From Sphingomicrobium sp. (GTDB taxonomy: Bacteria > Pseudomonadota > Alphaproteobacteria > Sphingomonadales > Sphingomonadaceae), in assembly GCA_040005255.1 (NCBI GenBank), contig JBDTZJ010000001.1:1-36928 (forward strand): 36,928 nt of DNA. Direction: 5' to 3'. This document shows positions 1-8,690 of the stretch, piece after piece. The notes beneath the pieces are model-generated. The model searched no databases. It had not been told where the DNA came from and saw only the letters and a program-made list of their open reading frames with translations. How positions within the stretch are numbered: position 1 is the first letter of the stretch; each line of letters starts with the position of its first letter. A program made the translations under genes and the position numbers.

Positions 1-641
1 TCGTCGTGATCGACGATTTCAGCGGCTCGCTCGAACACATTCTCGAAATTGCGGAAGAGCTCGCACCCTACCCTCGCCACACCAATTACTACCCGGGCCT
101 TAGACGTATCTTCACGGCCGCCGACACGGCCGCGAACGCCTATGCCGAAGAGGCTTGCGAGCACGCCGCGCAGTTCATCGCCGGCGCCTTCGACATCGAC
201 GACTTCGATCTCCTCGAAGCCAGCTTCTCGATGGTGACGCTGAAACCGACGGAGTTGTCTCCGCCGCAGCGAGCGCCGCATTTCGACACGACTGACCAGA
301 AGCAGCTCGCTTTGCTGCATTACCTTCGCGCGCCGCCCAATTCGGGGACGGCTTTTTACCGCCAGCGCGCAACGGGTATCGAGCGAGTGACCGAACTAAA
401 TGTCTCAGTCTTCGTCCCGGTCGCGGAAGTTCAGAATGCGCAGCTGCCCGCGGACTCGGGCTACTTCCACGGCTCGGACGAATTTTTCGAGCAGATAGGC
501 GCAGTCGAGGCGGTCCCGGACCGGATGATCATCTTTCAAGGCAGCCTGCTCCATTCGGGGATCATTCCGCCCGACATGCCGTTGACTGGCGACCCGCGTC
601 AGGGCCGGCTGACCGCCAACATCTTCGTTCGCGGCCATTGA
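1..641 (+). CDS. DUF6445-like protein (2OG-Fe(II) oxygenase-like), 5' end outside window
   Basis: Open from window edge; motifs VIDDF, YPGLR, PHFD, GTAFYR, HSG and RLTAN recalled from DUF6445 family. Confidence 0.7.
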   Translation, partial: VVIDDFSGSLEHILEIAEELAPYPRHTNYYPGLRRIFTAADTAANAYAEEACEHAAQFIAGAFDIDDFDLLEASFSMVTLKPTELSPPQRAPHFDTTDQKQLALLHYLRAPPNSGTAFYRQRATGIERVTELNVSVFVPVAEVQNAQLPADSGYFHGSDEFFEQIGAVEAVPDRMIIFQGSLLHSGIIPPDMPLTGDPRQGRLTANIFVRGH

Positions 642-652
642 AGGGAGCCAGG

Positions 653-733
653 ATGCGCAAGACGATGATGATGCTCGCAGCCGGTGCGGCCTTTGCGACT
701 GCGCATCGCCCATCAACAATCCCCAAGGCACGT
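653..733 (+). pseudogene. Probable truncated 5' fragment of a secreted protein (MRKTMMMLAAGAAFATA...)
   Basis: RBS AAGGGAG, ATG 653 and signal-peptide-like start; protein-like character is lost near the degenerate site at 734. Confidence 0.35.
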
Positions 734-761
734 TGTGCCATTTGCCGCCCATGGCGATCCC
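734..761 (+). repeat. Degenerate copy of the 28-bp site
   Basis: TGTGCCATTTG-CCGCCC-ATGGCGATCCC. Confidence 0.4.
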
Positions 762-968
762 GTTTTTGTCACGAGGGCCGAGAGCAGAGACTATTACCTC
801 CTTTGGGCATCCACCATTTTGATCGGACTAATCGGCGGATGGGTGTGCGTTCTGTATGACGTGCGGGTTCGAAAGTCTGAACCGCCGCAATGGCCACTAG
901 CCTCGATTGTCACAGCAGGTGGGGCCTATTTCGTTCTGTATTATCTGAACTTGGCGTTCAATGCGTAA
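735..968 (+). CDS. Small membrane protein (2 TM), start uncertain
   Basis: Two hydrophobic segments; TAA 966-968 overlaps the 28-bp site. Confidence 0.5.
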   Translation: MPFAAHGDPVFVTRAESRDYYLLWASTILIGLIGGWVCVLYDVRVRKSEPPQWPLASIVTAGGAYFVLYYLNLAFNA

Positions 969-995
969 CGTCCGCTTTCCACCCTTTGCCGACGT
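968..995 (+). repeat. 28-bp 11-6-11 site
   Basis: ACGTCCGCTTT-CCACCC-TTTGCCGACGT. Confidence 0.9.
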
Positions 996-1109
996 CGTTA
1001 CGCGATCGAGCTGGGTGTGGTACGGAAAGCCTACCGCGCCCCATCACCGCTGGCCCGAGCGCCGCTGAGAGACCCGACCAGCGCTCCCGCCCATCGAAAG
1101 GAGCAAATC

Positions 1110-1628
1110 GTGGCCTCAACGATCGCCAGCGCTGACATCGCTCAAACTGTCACTCTAGACGATCCCGTCACCGGCGGGCCGCCACCTGCGCTTCATCGCG
1201 GTGATAGCGACTTGCCATTCGTGCCATATCAGGAGGGTGTCACCTTTCAGCTCATCCAGGTCGACATAGAAGCAGGCTTCTTTGTGGTTCGGGTGCGCGG
1301 CGAGCCGGGCATGACGATCCAGCGGCACAAGCATACCGGCGAGATCTTTGCGTTCACCTCGGCGGGGTCGTGGAAGTACCTTGAATATCCTGAGGTCAAT
1401 ACCGCCGGATCATATCTCTACGAGCCCGCCGGATCGGTCCATACCTTGCACTTCCCCGAGACAAACACAGAAGTCACTGACGTCTCGTTTGTGCTGCATG
1501 GAGCCAATCTCAACCTCGATAGCGAAGGCAACGTTGAATCCGTGCTCGATGCGGGCGCAGCGCTCGCGGTCTATTATGCCGGTTGCAAGAATGCTGGGCT
1601 GCCGCACCCCAACGTCATCGGTGCATAA
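1110..1628 (+). CDS. 2,4'-dihydroxyacetophenone dioxygenase-family (ChrR-like) cupin
   Basis: RBS AAGGAG before GTG 1110; cupin motifs RHKHTG, GSWKYLEY, GSYLYEPAGSVHTL. Confidence 0.8.
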   Translation: MASTIASADIAQTVTLDDPVTGGPPPALHRGDSDLPFVPYQEGVTFQLIQVDIEAGFFVVRVRGEPGMTIQRHKHTGEIFAFTSAGSWKYLEYPEVNTAGSYLYEPAGSVHTLHFPETNTEVTDVSFVLHGANLNLDSEGNVESVLDAGAALAVYYAGCKNAGLPHPNVIGA

Positions 1629-1629
1629 G

Positions 1630-1657
1630 GCGTCCGCCTTCGACCCGTTGCGGACAA
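1630..1657 (+). repeat. 28-bp 11-6-11 site
   Basis: GCGTCCGCCTT-CGACCC-GTTGCGGACAA, 1 bp after the cupin stop. Confidence 0.9.
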
Positions 1658-1665
1658 AGCTCGCG

Positions 1666-1830
1666 TCATTTCTCCTTCGGAAACCAGTAATCGTCGCCCG
1701 TGACAGTCTCGATGCGCTCTTCGTAGCGCCTGGCGAGTTCCTCGTGCGCAGTCCGCGCCTGCTGGGTCCCGGCCGTCTCTGACCGCCTTCGCTCTACCTG
1801 CTGTCGATGGAACAGGTAATTGAGATCCAC
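1666..1830 (-). CDS. 54-aa small helical protein MDLNYLFHRQQVERRRSETAGTQQARTAHEELARRYEERIETVTGDDYWFPKEK (not in ORF track)
   Basis: Translated by hand; GTG start with GGAGG RBS; lies between two 28-bp sites. Confidence 0.75.
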   Translation of the reverse strand: MDLNYLFHRQQVERRRSETAGTQQARTAHEELARRYEERIETVTGDDYWFPKEK

Positions 1831-1922
1831 AAAAACCTCCGCTCAAGTGGAGCGAGGGATAGGCAGGCGATAGCTGTTCGTCTCCTCGGTAACGACCGGT
1901 AGAGCCCCGCTTGGGTCGGGTA

Positions 1923-1950
1923 AGGTCCGCCTCCGACCCATTGCGGACAT
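1923..1950 (+). repeat. 28-bp 11-6-11 site
   Basis: AGGTCCGCCTC-CGACCC-ATTGCGGACAT. Confidence 0.9.
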
Positions 1951-1988
1951 TGGGTGCGCAGGCGATACGTACGTCGGTGCGGAAAGGT

Positions 1989-2396
1989 ATGTTCCTGGAT
2001 GTGCTCTCCAAGCGGGCTCCTCGGATGGTGGTACTCACGTTGTGTGCCGCGCTTGTGGGCGCGTGGACCAGCGTACCTGTTGAGTTGACCGACGGTCTTG
2101 CGATCCTGGTCGGCAGCTTGGCCCTGGTGCTATTGGCTGCAAGAGGGCGGCGGAATCAGTTCAAGACCGCGGAAGAATTAGGCTTCACTCGATTCAGCGA
2201 CAGGATTGCCTACGAACTCGCCGGGAAGGGGTCGCCTCCGGGCTTCTACCTGCTCGGTTTCTTTGGCGTCATCACCATTTTCTTGACCGGCTTCCAGTCG
2301 CCATACTCGAGGCTCGCTTGGGCAGGGTTCTTCCTCGGTGTCGCTTGGGGCATCGCGAACGCGCATTATCCGGCGGACGAAGCTTCGGAACACTAG
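1989..2396 (+). CDS. Hypothetical membrane protein (about 4 TM)
   Basis: GGAAAGG before ATG 1989; hydrophobic segments; TAG overlaps the next site. Confidence 0.7.
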   Translation: MFLDVLSKRAPRMVVLTLCAALVGAWTSVPVELTDGLAILVGSLALVLLAARGRRNQFKTAEELGFTRFSDRIAYELAGKGSPPGFYLLGFFGVITIFLTGFQSPYSRLAWAGFFLGVAWGIANAHYPADEASEH

Positions 2397-2423
2397 CGTC
2401 CGCTTTCCACCCATTGCCGACAT
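2396..2423 (+). repeat. 28-bp 11-6-11 site
   Basis: GCGTCCGCTTT-CCACCC-ATTGCCGACAT. Confidence 0.9.
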
Positions 2424-2448
2424 TCCAAAGCCAATTACAGTCCGCGCC

Positions 2449-3624
2449 ATGAAGGCTTGGCTCGCATCGTTCCTGTTCCTGTTTCCGGCTGTAGCGGCAC
2501 CGAGCCGCGCGCTGCCTCCCGCGCCCTTAGTCGACGCGGCGGTTCACAAGGTCATGGTCGACACGGGCGCCAGAGGAGTTGCGCTGGCAATCATCGACGG
2601 CGGCCGGGTGCGGTACGTCCAAGCTTATGGCGTGCGCGACTCCCGCAATGATCCGTTGCGGACGGACACCGTCATGTACGGGGCGTCGCTGACGAAAGTT
2701 GTTTTTGCCTACACGGTTCTTCAGCTTGTCGATCAGCGGAAGCTCTCGCTCGACACGCCGCTCGCGGCCTATCTCGATAAGCCATTGCCGGAGTACGATA
2801 CCGAGGCGATCTATCCCGACAAATATGGGCCGTACCACGACCTCGCCAATGATCCGCGATGGAAGCAGATCACAGCGCGGATGGTGCTCACTCACTCCAC
2901 CGGCTTTGCGAACTTCTGGTTTATCGAGCCGGACCAGAAGCTGCGCATCCATTTCGATCCGGGTACGCGCTACAGCTACTCGGGCGAAGGCATGAGCCTG
3001 CTCCAGTTCGTCATCGAGAACGGCCGCAAGGACAAAGGTCTCGGGCTTGATCTCGGCCAACTCACGCAGGCCAATTTCGACAGGCTCGGGATGACGCGCA
3101 CGAGCCTCCAATGGCGGCCCGATTTCAGGCCCAATTTAGCCGACGGGTTCAACGACAGAGGTGAAGCCATTGCCCACGATGAGCGATCGAAGGTGCGCGC
3201 CGCCGGGTCGATGGACACGACGATTGCCGATCTGTCGAAGTTCGTCGCCGCTTTCGCTCGACACGAGGGGCTGAGTGCCGCGTCTTATGCGGAGATGTTG
3301 AAGCCGCAATTGCACATTGGAACGGCCACTCAATTCCCGAATTTCGGGACCGAGCTCCCACCGGATCGCCAGCGGAAGGATCTCTTCGCCGGACTTGGAC
3401 TTGTCGTGTTCGAAGGCCCTCGAGGCTCGGGCTTTTTCAAGGGCGGGCATGACGGTCAGACGGCCAATACGTTGGTCTGCATCAAACGGTCCAAACGCTG
3501 CGTCCTCATCCTGTCGAATGACGTGCGCGCTGAGGCTGGCTTTGCGAAGCTCGTCCGGTTCATTCTTGGCGACACCGGCGTCCCGTACGATTGGGAGTAT
3601 GGCGATCGAGCTGGAAAATCCTGA
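2449..3624 (+). CDS. Secreted serine hydrolase, beta-lactamase/AmpC-like family
   Basis: Signal peptide; SxxK (ASLTK), LTHSTG, YSYSGEG, KGGHDG. Confidence 0.88.
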   Translation: MKAWLASFLFLFPAVAAPSRALPPAPLVDAAVHKVMVDTGARGVALAIIDGGRVRYVQAYGVRDSRNDPLRTDTVMYGASLTKVVFAYTVLQLVDQRKLSLDTPLAAYLDKPLPEYDTEAIYPDKYGPYHDLANDPRWKQITARMVLTHSTGFANFWFIEPDQKLRIHFDPGTRYSYSGEGMSLLQFVIENGRKDKGLGLDLGQLTQANFDRLGMTRTSLQWRPDFRPNLADGFNDRGEAIAHDERSKVRAAGSMDTTIADLSKFVAAFARHEGLSAASYAEMLKPQLHIGTATQFPNFGTELPPDRQRKDLFAGLGLVVFEGPRGSGFFKGGHDGQTANTLVCIKRSKRCVLILSNDVRAEAGFAKLVRFILGDTGVPYDWEYGDRAGKS

Positions 3625-3630
3625 CACTTG

Positions 3631-3670
3631 AAAAAAAGGGGCGGGAGTCTGGCTCCCGCCCCAATCTTTT
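3631..3670. terminator. Intrinsic terminator, probably bidirectional
   Basis: A7-GGGGCGGGAG-tctgg-CTCCCGCCCC-aatctttt between convergent genes. Confidence 0.85.
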
Positions 3671-3683
3671 AGCGTAAAGTTCG

Positions 3684-3899
3684 TTAAATCGTCTTTTCGA
3701 GGTTCAGCGCGACGGGCTTGCTGTTGCTGTCGGTACCGATCTCATAGGACAGGCGCTGGCCGGTCGTCGGCGGGTTCGCCTTGATATCCCACTTAAACGC
3801 GCTCTTCTCGAACGGCAGATTGTCGCCGCCGGCTTCCGGCTTGATCGAGCCGCGGCCCTGATCGGCGTTGAATTCATTGACGGTGCCAAAATTTTTCAT
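3684..3899 (-). CDS. Cold-shock domain protein with atypical RNP motifs
   Basis: 71 aa; FGTVNEFNADQGRGSIKP...GQRLSYEI...ALNL; GAAGGAA RBS. Confidence 0.8.
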   Translation of the reverse strand: MKNFGTVNEFNADQGRGSIKPEAGGDNLPFEKSAFKWDIKANPPTTGQRLSYEIGTDSNSKPVALNLEKTI

Positions 3900-4144
3900 G
3901 CTGGGTTCCTTCGTTTCCAGGCACCGGAATTGGCGCCTGTTGGCTAGGAGACGTTGAAGATAGGCGGAAGGCTCGGCCCCGTTTCGCGTGAGGCGTTTCT
4001 TGTCAGGCCGGGCGCCCAATACCGTCTTGCGACTGGTAGCCCCTGTATAACGATCGCAGGCCTATAAGGGGGCCTCCATTCAGCCCGGTTACTACTCCGG
4101 CGGGGCCGTTTGCGGTGGAAGCGGTCGCCCAGGGGGAGAGTGGC

Positions 4145-5554
4145 TTAGAGCGGCACGCCGTAAAGGTCGTGCTCGTCCGCGTCCTCGACTTCGACCGAAA
4201 CGATGTCTCCCGGCTTGAGGTCGCCGGCGTCGCGCAGGTGGACCTCGCCGTCGATCTCGGGAGCATCGGCCTTGGAGCGGCCGGTGGCGCCGACCCCTCC
4301 ACCATAAGAGGCCCCTCCACCGCCTTCGGCGGTCCCCCTCCCCTCGAAATCGAGGGGAGGATGTTCATCGACGCGGTCGATCAGGACGTCGATGGTCGAA
4401 CCGACCTTGGCGGCGAGCTTCTCGGCTGAAATGCGGGCGGACAGGGCCATCACCGCCTCGTATCGCTCCTGCTTCACATTCTCGGGAACCTGGCCGTCCA
4501 TCGACGTCGCCGGAGCGCCCTCGACCGCCTCGAACTTGAACGCGCCGACGCGGTCGAGCTGCGCTTCCTCGAGCCAGGCGAGGAGGTAGGCGAAATCCTC
4601 TTCGGTTTCGCCGGGGAAGCCGACGACGAATGAGGAGCGGATCGCGAGCTCGGGTACCTGCGCCCGCCAGGAACGGATGCGCTGCAGCACCGTGGCGTCG
4701 TTCGCTGGGCGGCGCATGCGCCTCAGGACATTCGGACTCGCATGCTGGAACGGGATGTCGAGGTAGGGGAGGACCAGTCCCTCGGTCATCAGCGGGATCA
4801 CATTGTCGACGTGCGGGTAGGGATAGACGTAGTGCAGGCGGACCCATGCCCCGAGCTTGCCCAGCTCGCGCGAGAGGTCGGTCATGTGGGCGCGGACTTC
4901 CTCACCCTTCCACTGGCGAGGCTCATGCCGGATGTCGACGCCATAGGCCGACGTGTCCTGGCTGATGACCAGCAACTCCCTGGTGCCGGCGGCGACGAGC
5001 TTCTCCGCCTCGCGCAGGATCGCGTCGGGACGGCGGCTGACGAGGTCGCCGCGGAGGTGCGGGATGATGCAAAAGGCGCAGCGGTGGTTGCAGCCCTCGG
5101 AAATCTTCAAATAGCTGTAGTGGCGCGGGGTCAGCTTGAGGCCCGGCCCAAGGTCTCGGGCTGGCACGAGGTCGATGAACGCGTTCGGGATTGGCGGCGC
5201 CGCCTCGTGGACCGCGGCGACGACTTCCTCATATTGCTGCGGCCCGGTGACGGCGAGCACTTGCGGGAAGCGGGCCCGGATGACGTCGGCTTCCTTGCCC
5301 ATGCAGCCGGTGACGACGACGCGGCCGTTCTCGGCAATCGCCTCGCCAATCGCCTCGAGGCTCTCCGCCTTGGCGGAATCGAGAAAGCCGCAGGTGTTGA
5401 CCAACACCACGTCGGCCCCGGCATAGTTGGGCGACATGTCGTAACCGTCGGCGCGCAGCTTGGTCATGATCCGCTCGCTGTCCACGAGGGCCTTGGGACA
5501 GCCGAGCGAGACCAGCCCGACGCGCGGGGGCTTGGGGAGAGTTGTGACGTTCAT
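4145..5554 (-). CDS. rimO: Ribosomal protein S12 methylthiotransferase RimO
   Basis: [17 protein letters not shown], radical [15 protein letters not shown] domain [12 protein letters not shown]. Confidence 0.96.
   Translation of the reverse strand: MNVTTLPKPPRVGLVSLGCPKALVDSERIMTKLRADGYDMSPNYAGADVVLVNTCGFLDSAKAESLEAIGEAIAENGRVVVTGCMGKEADVIRARFPQVLAVTGPQQYEEVVAAVHEAAPPIPNAFIDLVPARDLGPGLKLTPRHYSYLKISEGCNHRCAFCIIPHLRGDLVSRRPDAILREAEKLVAAGTRELLVISQDTSAYGVDIRHEPRQWKGEEVRAHMTDLSRELGKLGAWVRLHYVYPYPHVDNVIPLMTEGLVLPYLDIPFQHASPNVLRRMRRPANDATVLQRIRSWRAQVPELAIRSSFVVGFPGETEEDFAYLLAWLEEAQLDRVGAFKFEAVEGAPATSMDGQVPENVKQERYEAVMALSARISAEKLAAKVGSTIDVLIDRVDEHPPLDFEGRGTAEGGGGASYGGGVGATGRSKADAPEIDGEVHLRDAGDLKPGDIVSVEVEDADEHDLYGVPL
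4294..4363. repeat. Partial palindromic repeat element inserted in frame in rimO
   Basis: CCCCTCCACCGCCTTCGGCGGTCCCCCTCCCC-tcgaaatcga-GGGGAGGATG is nearly identical to 33659-33710. Confidence 0.88.
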
Positions 5555-5601
5555 CGGAAGGGCCGCGCCAATATAGGGTTTTCGCCGCGAAAACCAGACG
5601 C

Positions 5602-5976
5602 CTAGCCTTTGACCTCCACGGCGATGATGTGGAGGTCGTCCCCGCCGATATTCTCGACCGAATGCGGCGGAAGCGGATCGATCCAAAGACCGGCGCCTGG
5701 TGGCGGAGCGGATCGCTCGCGACTGTCGACCAGAATGATGCCATCCGCATCGCGGCGCAGGAAGTCGCTCCAGCTCAAAACGTAGAGAGCGGCAGGCCAT
5801 CCGTGTGCATGGACCGGCGTCCGTTCGCCGGGCGCGAGGCGAGTGTCGAGAATTCGCACCAGGTCGTTTTCAAACAGCACGCCGTGGTGATCCGGCGCCG
5901 CCGTCATTGCGTCGAGTACATGGCTGGCCATGTGACAAATATCCGCGAGCACGGCGGCTTCGGCAAGCTTGTTCAT
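5602..5976 (-). CDS. Cupin domain protein
   Basis: [29 protein letters not shown]; start may lie further downstream. Confidence 0.75.
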   Translation of the reverse strand: MNKLAEAAVLADICHMASHVLDAMTAAPDHHGVLFENDLVRILDTRLAPGERTPVHAHGWPAALYVLSWSDFLRRDADGIILVDSRERSAPPPGAGLWIDPLPPHSVENIGGDDLHIIAVEVKG

Positions 5977-6026
5977 CGTGGTGCACGGCGGCTAAAGCGC
6001 CCCGCCAAGCCTGACGGAGTTTTCGA

Positions 6027-7343
6027 ATGCACATCGCGATGATCGGTACAGGTTATGTCGGGCTCGTTTCCGGGGCCTGCTTCGCCGATTTCGGGCACCG
6101 CGTGTGCTGCGTCGACAAGGACGCCGCCAAGATCGACGGCCTCAACGCCGGGCTGATGCCGATCTGGGAACCCGGGCTCGAAGCCCTGGTCAAGGCCAAT
6201 GCCGAGCGCGGCCGCCTGACCTTCACCACCGACGTCGCGGCTGGAGTCAAAGACGCCGAAGCGGTGTTCATCGCCGTGGGCACGCCGGCACGGCGCGGCG
6301 ACGGGCACGCGGACCTCACCTTTGTGTTCGAAGCCATACGCGAGCTCGCGAAGATGATCCGGCCGGGCGCGGTGGTTGTGACCAAGTCCACGGTGCCCGT
6401 CGGCACCGGTGACCGGATCGAAGAAATCCTTCACGAGGAAGGCGTCACCGACGTTTCCGTCGCATCGAACCCCGAATTCCTGCGCGAAGGCGCGGCGATC
6501 GCGGACTTTAAGCATCCCGACCGCATCGTCGTCGGCGCCGAAGACGACCGCGCGCAGGAGGTTCTGCGCGAAATCTATCGCCCCTTGTTCCTCAACCGCG
6601 CACCGATCCTGATCACCAGCCGCCGCACCGCCGAGCTCACCAAATATGCCGCCAACGCCTTCCTCGCGGTCAAGATCAGCTTCATCAACGAGATTGCCGA
6701 CCTGTGCGAAGCGGTCGATGCCGACGTCCAGGATGTCGCGCGCGGCATCGGCCTCGACAACCGCATCGGGCCCAAATTCCTCCACGCGGGCCCCGGCTAC
6801 GGCGGCAGCTGCTTTCCCAAGGACACCGTCGCGCTGCTGCAGACCGCTGAACTCGCCGGTGTCGAGCAGCAGATCGTCCGCACCACGGTTGCGGTCAACG
6901 ACCAGCGCAAGGCCAAGATGGTCGATCGCGTCGCCCGGGCGCTCGGCGGCGAGGTCAAGGGCAAGCGCGTCGGCGTGCTCGGGCTCGCCTTTAAGCCCAA
7001 CACCGACGACATGCGCGAAGCGCCGTCGATCCCGATCGTGCAGGCCCTCGTCGAGCGCGGCGCCGAGGTCTCGGCCTACGACCCGGTCGCACGGCAGCAG
7101 GCGGAGCAGGTGCTGTCCGGTGTCGAGTTCGCCGACGACGCTTATGCCGCTGCGAACGGCGCCGACGCGCTGGTCATCGTCACCGAATGGGATGAGTTCC
7201 GCGCCCTCGATCTCGACCGCATTGCCGCCTCGCTCAAAGGCAAGATCCTGATCGACCTGCGCAACGTTTACGACCGCAGCGAGGCGGAGGCGGCCGGCCT
7301 GACCTATTACGGGATCGGCCGCGGACGCCCCGTGAACCCCTAG
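6027..7343 (+). CDS. ugd: UDP-glucose 6-dehydrogenase
   Basis: GTGYVG, SNPEFLREG, GYGGSCFPKD, FKPNTDDMR. Confidence 0.93.
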   Translation: MHIAMIGTGYVGLVSGACFADFGHRVCCVDKDAAKIDGLNAGLMPIWEPGLEALVKANAERGRLTFTTDVAAGVKDAEAVFIAVGTPARRGDGHADLTFVFEAIRELAKMIRPGAVVVTKSTVPVGTGDRIEEILHEEGVTDVSVASNPEFLREGAAIADFKHPDRIVVGAEDDRAQEVLREIYRPLFLNRAPILITSRRTAELTKYAANAFLAVKISFINEIADLCEAVDADVQDVARGIGLDNRIGPKFLHAGPGYGGSCFPKDTVALLQTAELAGVEQQIVRTTVAVNDQRKAKMVDRVARALGGEVKGKRVGVLGLAFKPNTDDMREAPSIPIVQALVERGAEVSAYDPVARQQAEQVLSGVEFADDAYAAANGADALVIVTEWDEFRALDLDRIAASLKGKILIDLRNVYDRSEAEAAGLTYYGIGRGRPVNP

Positions 7344-7411
7344 CTGGATTTAATTCATCCGTTTCGGTGGAGGTGTGTCCGAAACGGATTAACTGGGTAT
7401 AGTCCGGCTCA

Positions 7412-8680
7412 ATGGCCGGTCATCCGCGTATCGTCGTCATCGGTCTTGGCTATGTCGGGCTTCCGCTCGCCGTTGCGCTCGCCCGGCAGTTCGAGACGAT
7501 CGGGTTCGACATTGACGAGGGCCGCGTCGCTGAGCTTCGCAGCGGCCACGACCGCACGCACGAGGTGGACTCCGACGCACTTCGGGCAAGCGAGCTCAAG
7601 CTGACCGCGGATCGCTCCGACTGCGCCGGCGCCGACGTCTACATCGTCACCGTGCCCACTCCGGTAGACCAGGCCAACCGGCCCGACCTCGGCGCCGTGA
7701 TGAGCGCGACGCGCATGCTGGCCGGACTGATCGACGCCGAGCGGAGGCCGACCATCGTCTACGAAAGCACGGTCTATCCCGGCGTGACCGAGGAGATGTG
7801 CGGGCCGGAAATCGAGCGGACGGCCGGGCTCAAGCGGGGCCGCGACTTCCGCCTCGGCTACAGCCCGGAGCGCATCAACCCCGGCGACCGCGAGCACACG
7901 ATCGACCGGATCACCAAGGTCATCGCCGGCGAGGACGCGGAGGTGGTCGGGCAGCTCGCCACCATCTACGGAGCGGTGACCAGCGGCGGCGTCTTCCGTG
8001 CCGCCTCGATCAAGACCGCCGAGGCCGCAAAGGCGATCGAGAATGCCCAGCGCGACATCAACATCGCCTTCATCAACGAGGTGACGCAGATCTTCTCGAA
8101 GGTCGGCGTGTCCGTCTGGGACGTGCTCGACGCGGCACGGACCAAGTGGAACTTCCTCGGCTTCGAGCCGGGGCTGGTCGGGGGCCACTGCATCGGCGTC
8201 GACCCTTATTATCTCAGTCATTTGGCGCAGCAGGTCGGGCATGACCCGCAGGTCATCCTCGCCGGGCGCCAGACCAATGACGGCATGGGCGGCTGGATCG
8301 CCGACGCACTCCACGGCCGCCGCGGCAAGGCGGGCAGCGCGTTGGTCCTCGGCCTGACGTTCAAGGAGAATGTCCCCGACCTCCGCAACAGCCGCACCTT
8401 CGATCTCGTCCGGCGGCTGATCTGGCTTGGCCACGACGTCGAGGTCGCGGACCCCATCGCCGCCGCCGACGAGATCGAGCGCGAGCATGGGCTCAAGGTC
8501 ACCGCGCCCGATGGCCGGCGCTATGATTTGGTGGTCGGCGCCGTGGCCCACAGCGCCTACCGCGACCTTCCCGACGACCGCCTCGCGGCGCTGGTGGCGC
8601 CGGACGGAACGCTGGCCGACCTCAAGGGCATGTGGCGCGGCCGGGCGCTCGACCCCGGCCTCGACCGGTGGACCTTGTGA
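7412..8680 (+). CDS. UDP-N-acetylhexosamine dehydrogenase (TviB/WbpO-like)
   Basis: GLGYVGLP, YSPERINPG, GGHCIGVDP, FKENVPDLRN. Confidence 0.88.
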   Translation: MAGHPRIVVIGLGYVGLPLAVALARQFETIGFDIDEGRVAELRSGHDRTHEVDSDALRASELKLTADRSDCAGADVYIVTVPTPVDQANRPDLGAVMSATRMLAGLIDAERRPTIVYESTVYPGVTEEMCGPEIERTAGLKRGRDFRLGYSPERINPGDREHTIDRITKVIAGEDAEVVGQLATIYGAVTSGGVFRAASIKTAEAAKAIENAQRDINIAFINEVTQIFSKVGVSVWDVLDAARTKWNFLGFEPGLVGGHCIGVDPYYLSHLAQQVGHDPQVILAGRQTNDGMGGWIADALHGRRGKAGSALVLGLTFKENVPDLRNSRTFDLVRRLIWLGHDVEVADPIAAADEIEREHGLKVTAPDGRRYDLVVGAVAHSAYRDLPDDRLAALVAPDGTLADLKGMWRGRALDPGLDRWTL

Positions 8681-8690
8681 GGGCCTGGTA

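Noticed and set aside
963-1003. attC-like ends GCGTAAC...GTTACGC around the 968 site, suggesting an integron
   Set aside because: Only 41 bp, shorter than known attC sites; imperfect RYYYAAC/GTTRRRY; absent from other copies; no intI in the window
968-2423. 28-bp repeats as a CRISPR array
   Set aside because: Intervals are hundreds of bp, irregular and contain whole genes; no cas genes
2449-3624. Bona fide antibiotic-resistance beta-lactamase
   Set aside because: Motifs fit the broad serine hydrolase family (YxS rather than YxN, no KTG); substrate cannot be inferred
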